From positions 1 through 46,066 of IMG/VR virus record IMGVR_UViG_3300007959_000032: 46,066 bases of DNA, one strand, 5' to 3'. Made by a program: the position numbers and the translations under genes. A model generated the notes under the pieces. That model saw nothing but the letters and a program-made list of their open reading frames with translations, was not told the DNA's origin and did not search any database. This DNA is from a virus (lineage: Duplodnaviria > Caudoviricetes). How positions within the stretch are numbered: position 1 is the first letter of the stretch; every line of letters begins with the position of its first letter. This document shows, piece after piece, positions 45,062 to 46,066 of this stretch.

Positions 45062-45171
45062 TGACCTACCCCCGACCAATCCGAGGTGATCTCGTGAAGG
45101 TGACTACATTCGCTATCTCGCTCGCCCTGTTCGCGGCTATGTCCGCTAGCCCCGCGTCCGAGGTGGTCTGA

Positions 45172-45828
45172 GTGGCTGAGCAGTCGCCGCTCCCTTCGGA
45201 CTGGCCTGATGCTGATGCGCTGAAGGCCGCTCTATTGAGGGGCAAGTCGGCTCGCAAGTCGCCGCGCAGCATCGAAGTACGCCTCGACTATCCCATGAAG
45301 ATTGCCTATGCCGACCCGCCCTACTTCGGCTGCGGAAAGAGGCTCTATGGAGACTTGCATGAAGATGCTTCCGAGTGTGATACCCGCGAATTCCACTTCG
45401 AGCTCGTGCAGCGGCTTGTCACGGAGTTTCCAGACGGATGGGCTTTGTCTTGTAACCCCAGCGACCTTGCCTTCATGCTCCCCATCATGCCCGACGACGT
45501 GCGGGTCAGTCCGTGGTGCAAGACATGGCACCGAATCCGTCCGAACGTCTCCGTGCAGTACGCATGGGAACCGCTCATATGGAGAGGCGGTCGGGCAATC
45601 AAACGGCGCAATCCGATGGTACGCGATTGGCTGGCGTGCCCGGTCACGCTGCAAAGGACGGTGAAAGGCGCGAAGCCCGACGCTTTCTGCATGTGGATGT
45701 TCCGACTGCTCGGCTTGCAGCCAGATGACGAATTCCATGACCTGTTCCCTGGCTCGTTCGCGGTCACTGACGCATGGAAAGCGTTTACGAGCCAGATGAC
45801 GCTCCCCTCACGGAAGGCTGACGAATGA
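45172..45828 (+). CDS. DNA amino-methyltransferase (N6-A/N4-C, beta-class order)
   Basis: IAYADPPY (motif IV), KP, DLFPGS (motif I); start may be ATG 45295. Confidence 0.8.
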   Translation: MAEQSPLPSDWPDADALKAALLRGKSARKSPRSIEVRLDYPMKIAYADPPYFGCGKRLYGDLHEDASECDTREFHFELVQRLVTEFPDGWALSCNPSDLAFMLPIMPDDVRVSPWCKTWHRIRPNVSVQYAWEPLIWRGGRAIKRRNPMVRDWLACPVTLQRTVKGAKPDAFCMWMFRLLGLQPDDEFHDLFPGSFAVTDAWKAFTSQMTLPSRKADE

Positions 45829-46066
45829 AACTCCGCTTCCTCACTCTCACGCTCCTGCTCTGCTTGCTGCCCTCTGCCGCCTTCGCTTCCCGCGTCCCAC
45901 CGGCGCACCCGCATGGCCGCGATGCCCGCGTGAAGGCCGCAATCTGCGAGGTGGCCGCGAAGCACGGATATGGGCCAGTCCAGACCCGCGCGCTGCTCGT
46001 GCTGGCGTACCGCGAAAGCTCGTGGGAGCCGACGCAGAAGACGGGGAGCTGTTGGGGGCTGTTTCA
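45825..46066 (+). CDS. 5' part of secreted lytic transglycosylase (continues at 124-262)
   Basis: Signal peptide MKLRFLTLTLLLCLLPSAAFA; ATGA overlap with the methyltransferase stop. Confidence 0.75.
   Translation, partial: MKLRFLTLTLLLCLLPSAAFASRVPPAHPHGRDARVKAAICEVAAKHGYGPVQTRALLVLAYRESSWEPTQKTGSCWGLF
45944..46066. repeat. Direct terminal repeat, right copy
   Basis: Identical to 1-123. Confidence 0.95.

Overview
The window is an apparently complete, circularly assembled tailed-phage genome. Bases 1-123 are identical to 45944-46066, giving a unit length of 45,943 bp. It is GC-rich and probably infects an actinobacterium, judged from the r1t-like holin, the actinophage-type replication initiator and the APF/SLT-like transglycosylase. 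Morphology looks podovirus-like: TerS/TerL, P22-like portal, scaffold, capsid, adaptor, nozzle and ejection-type proteins, with no tape measure or tail tube recognised. A lysis module, a RecT/YqaJ recombination pair, an initiator with internal iterons, six HNH-type domains and a short leftward early operon are present. No integrase, DNA polymerase, tRNA or CRISPR was recognised. The outstanding feature is a large phage-encoded glycan system. A cassette directly behind the major capsid gene carries 4 glycosyltransferases, 2 radical-SAM/SPASM enzymes, 2 SAM methyltransferases and a LicD-type transferase. A WbpB/WbpE/WbpD-like oxidoreductase, aminotransferase and N-acyltransferase trio for a 3-amino/3-acetamido nucleotide sugar lies in one transcription unit across the contig junction. 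The best-supported reading, which is inference, is a complex virion glycan coat. All functional calls come from motifs recognised by eye; no database searches were run.
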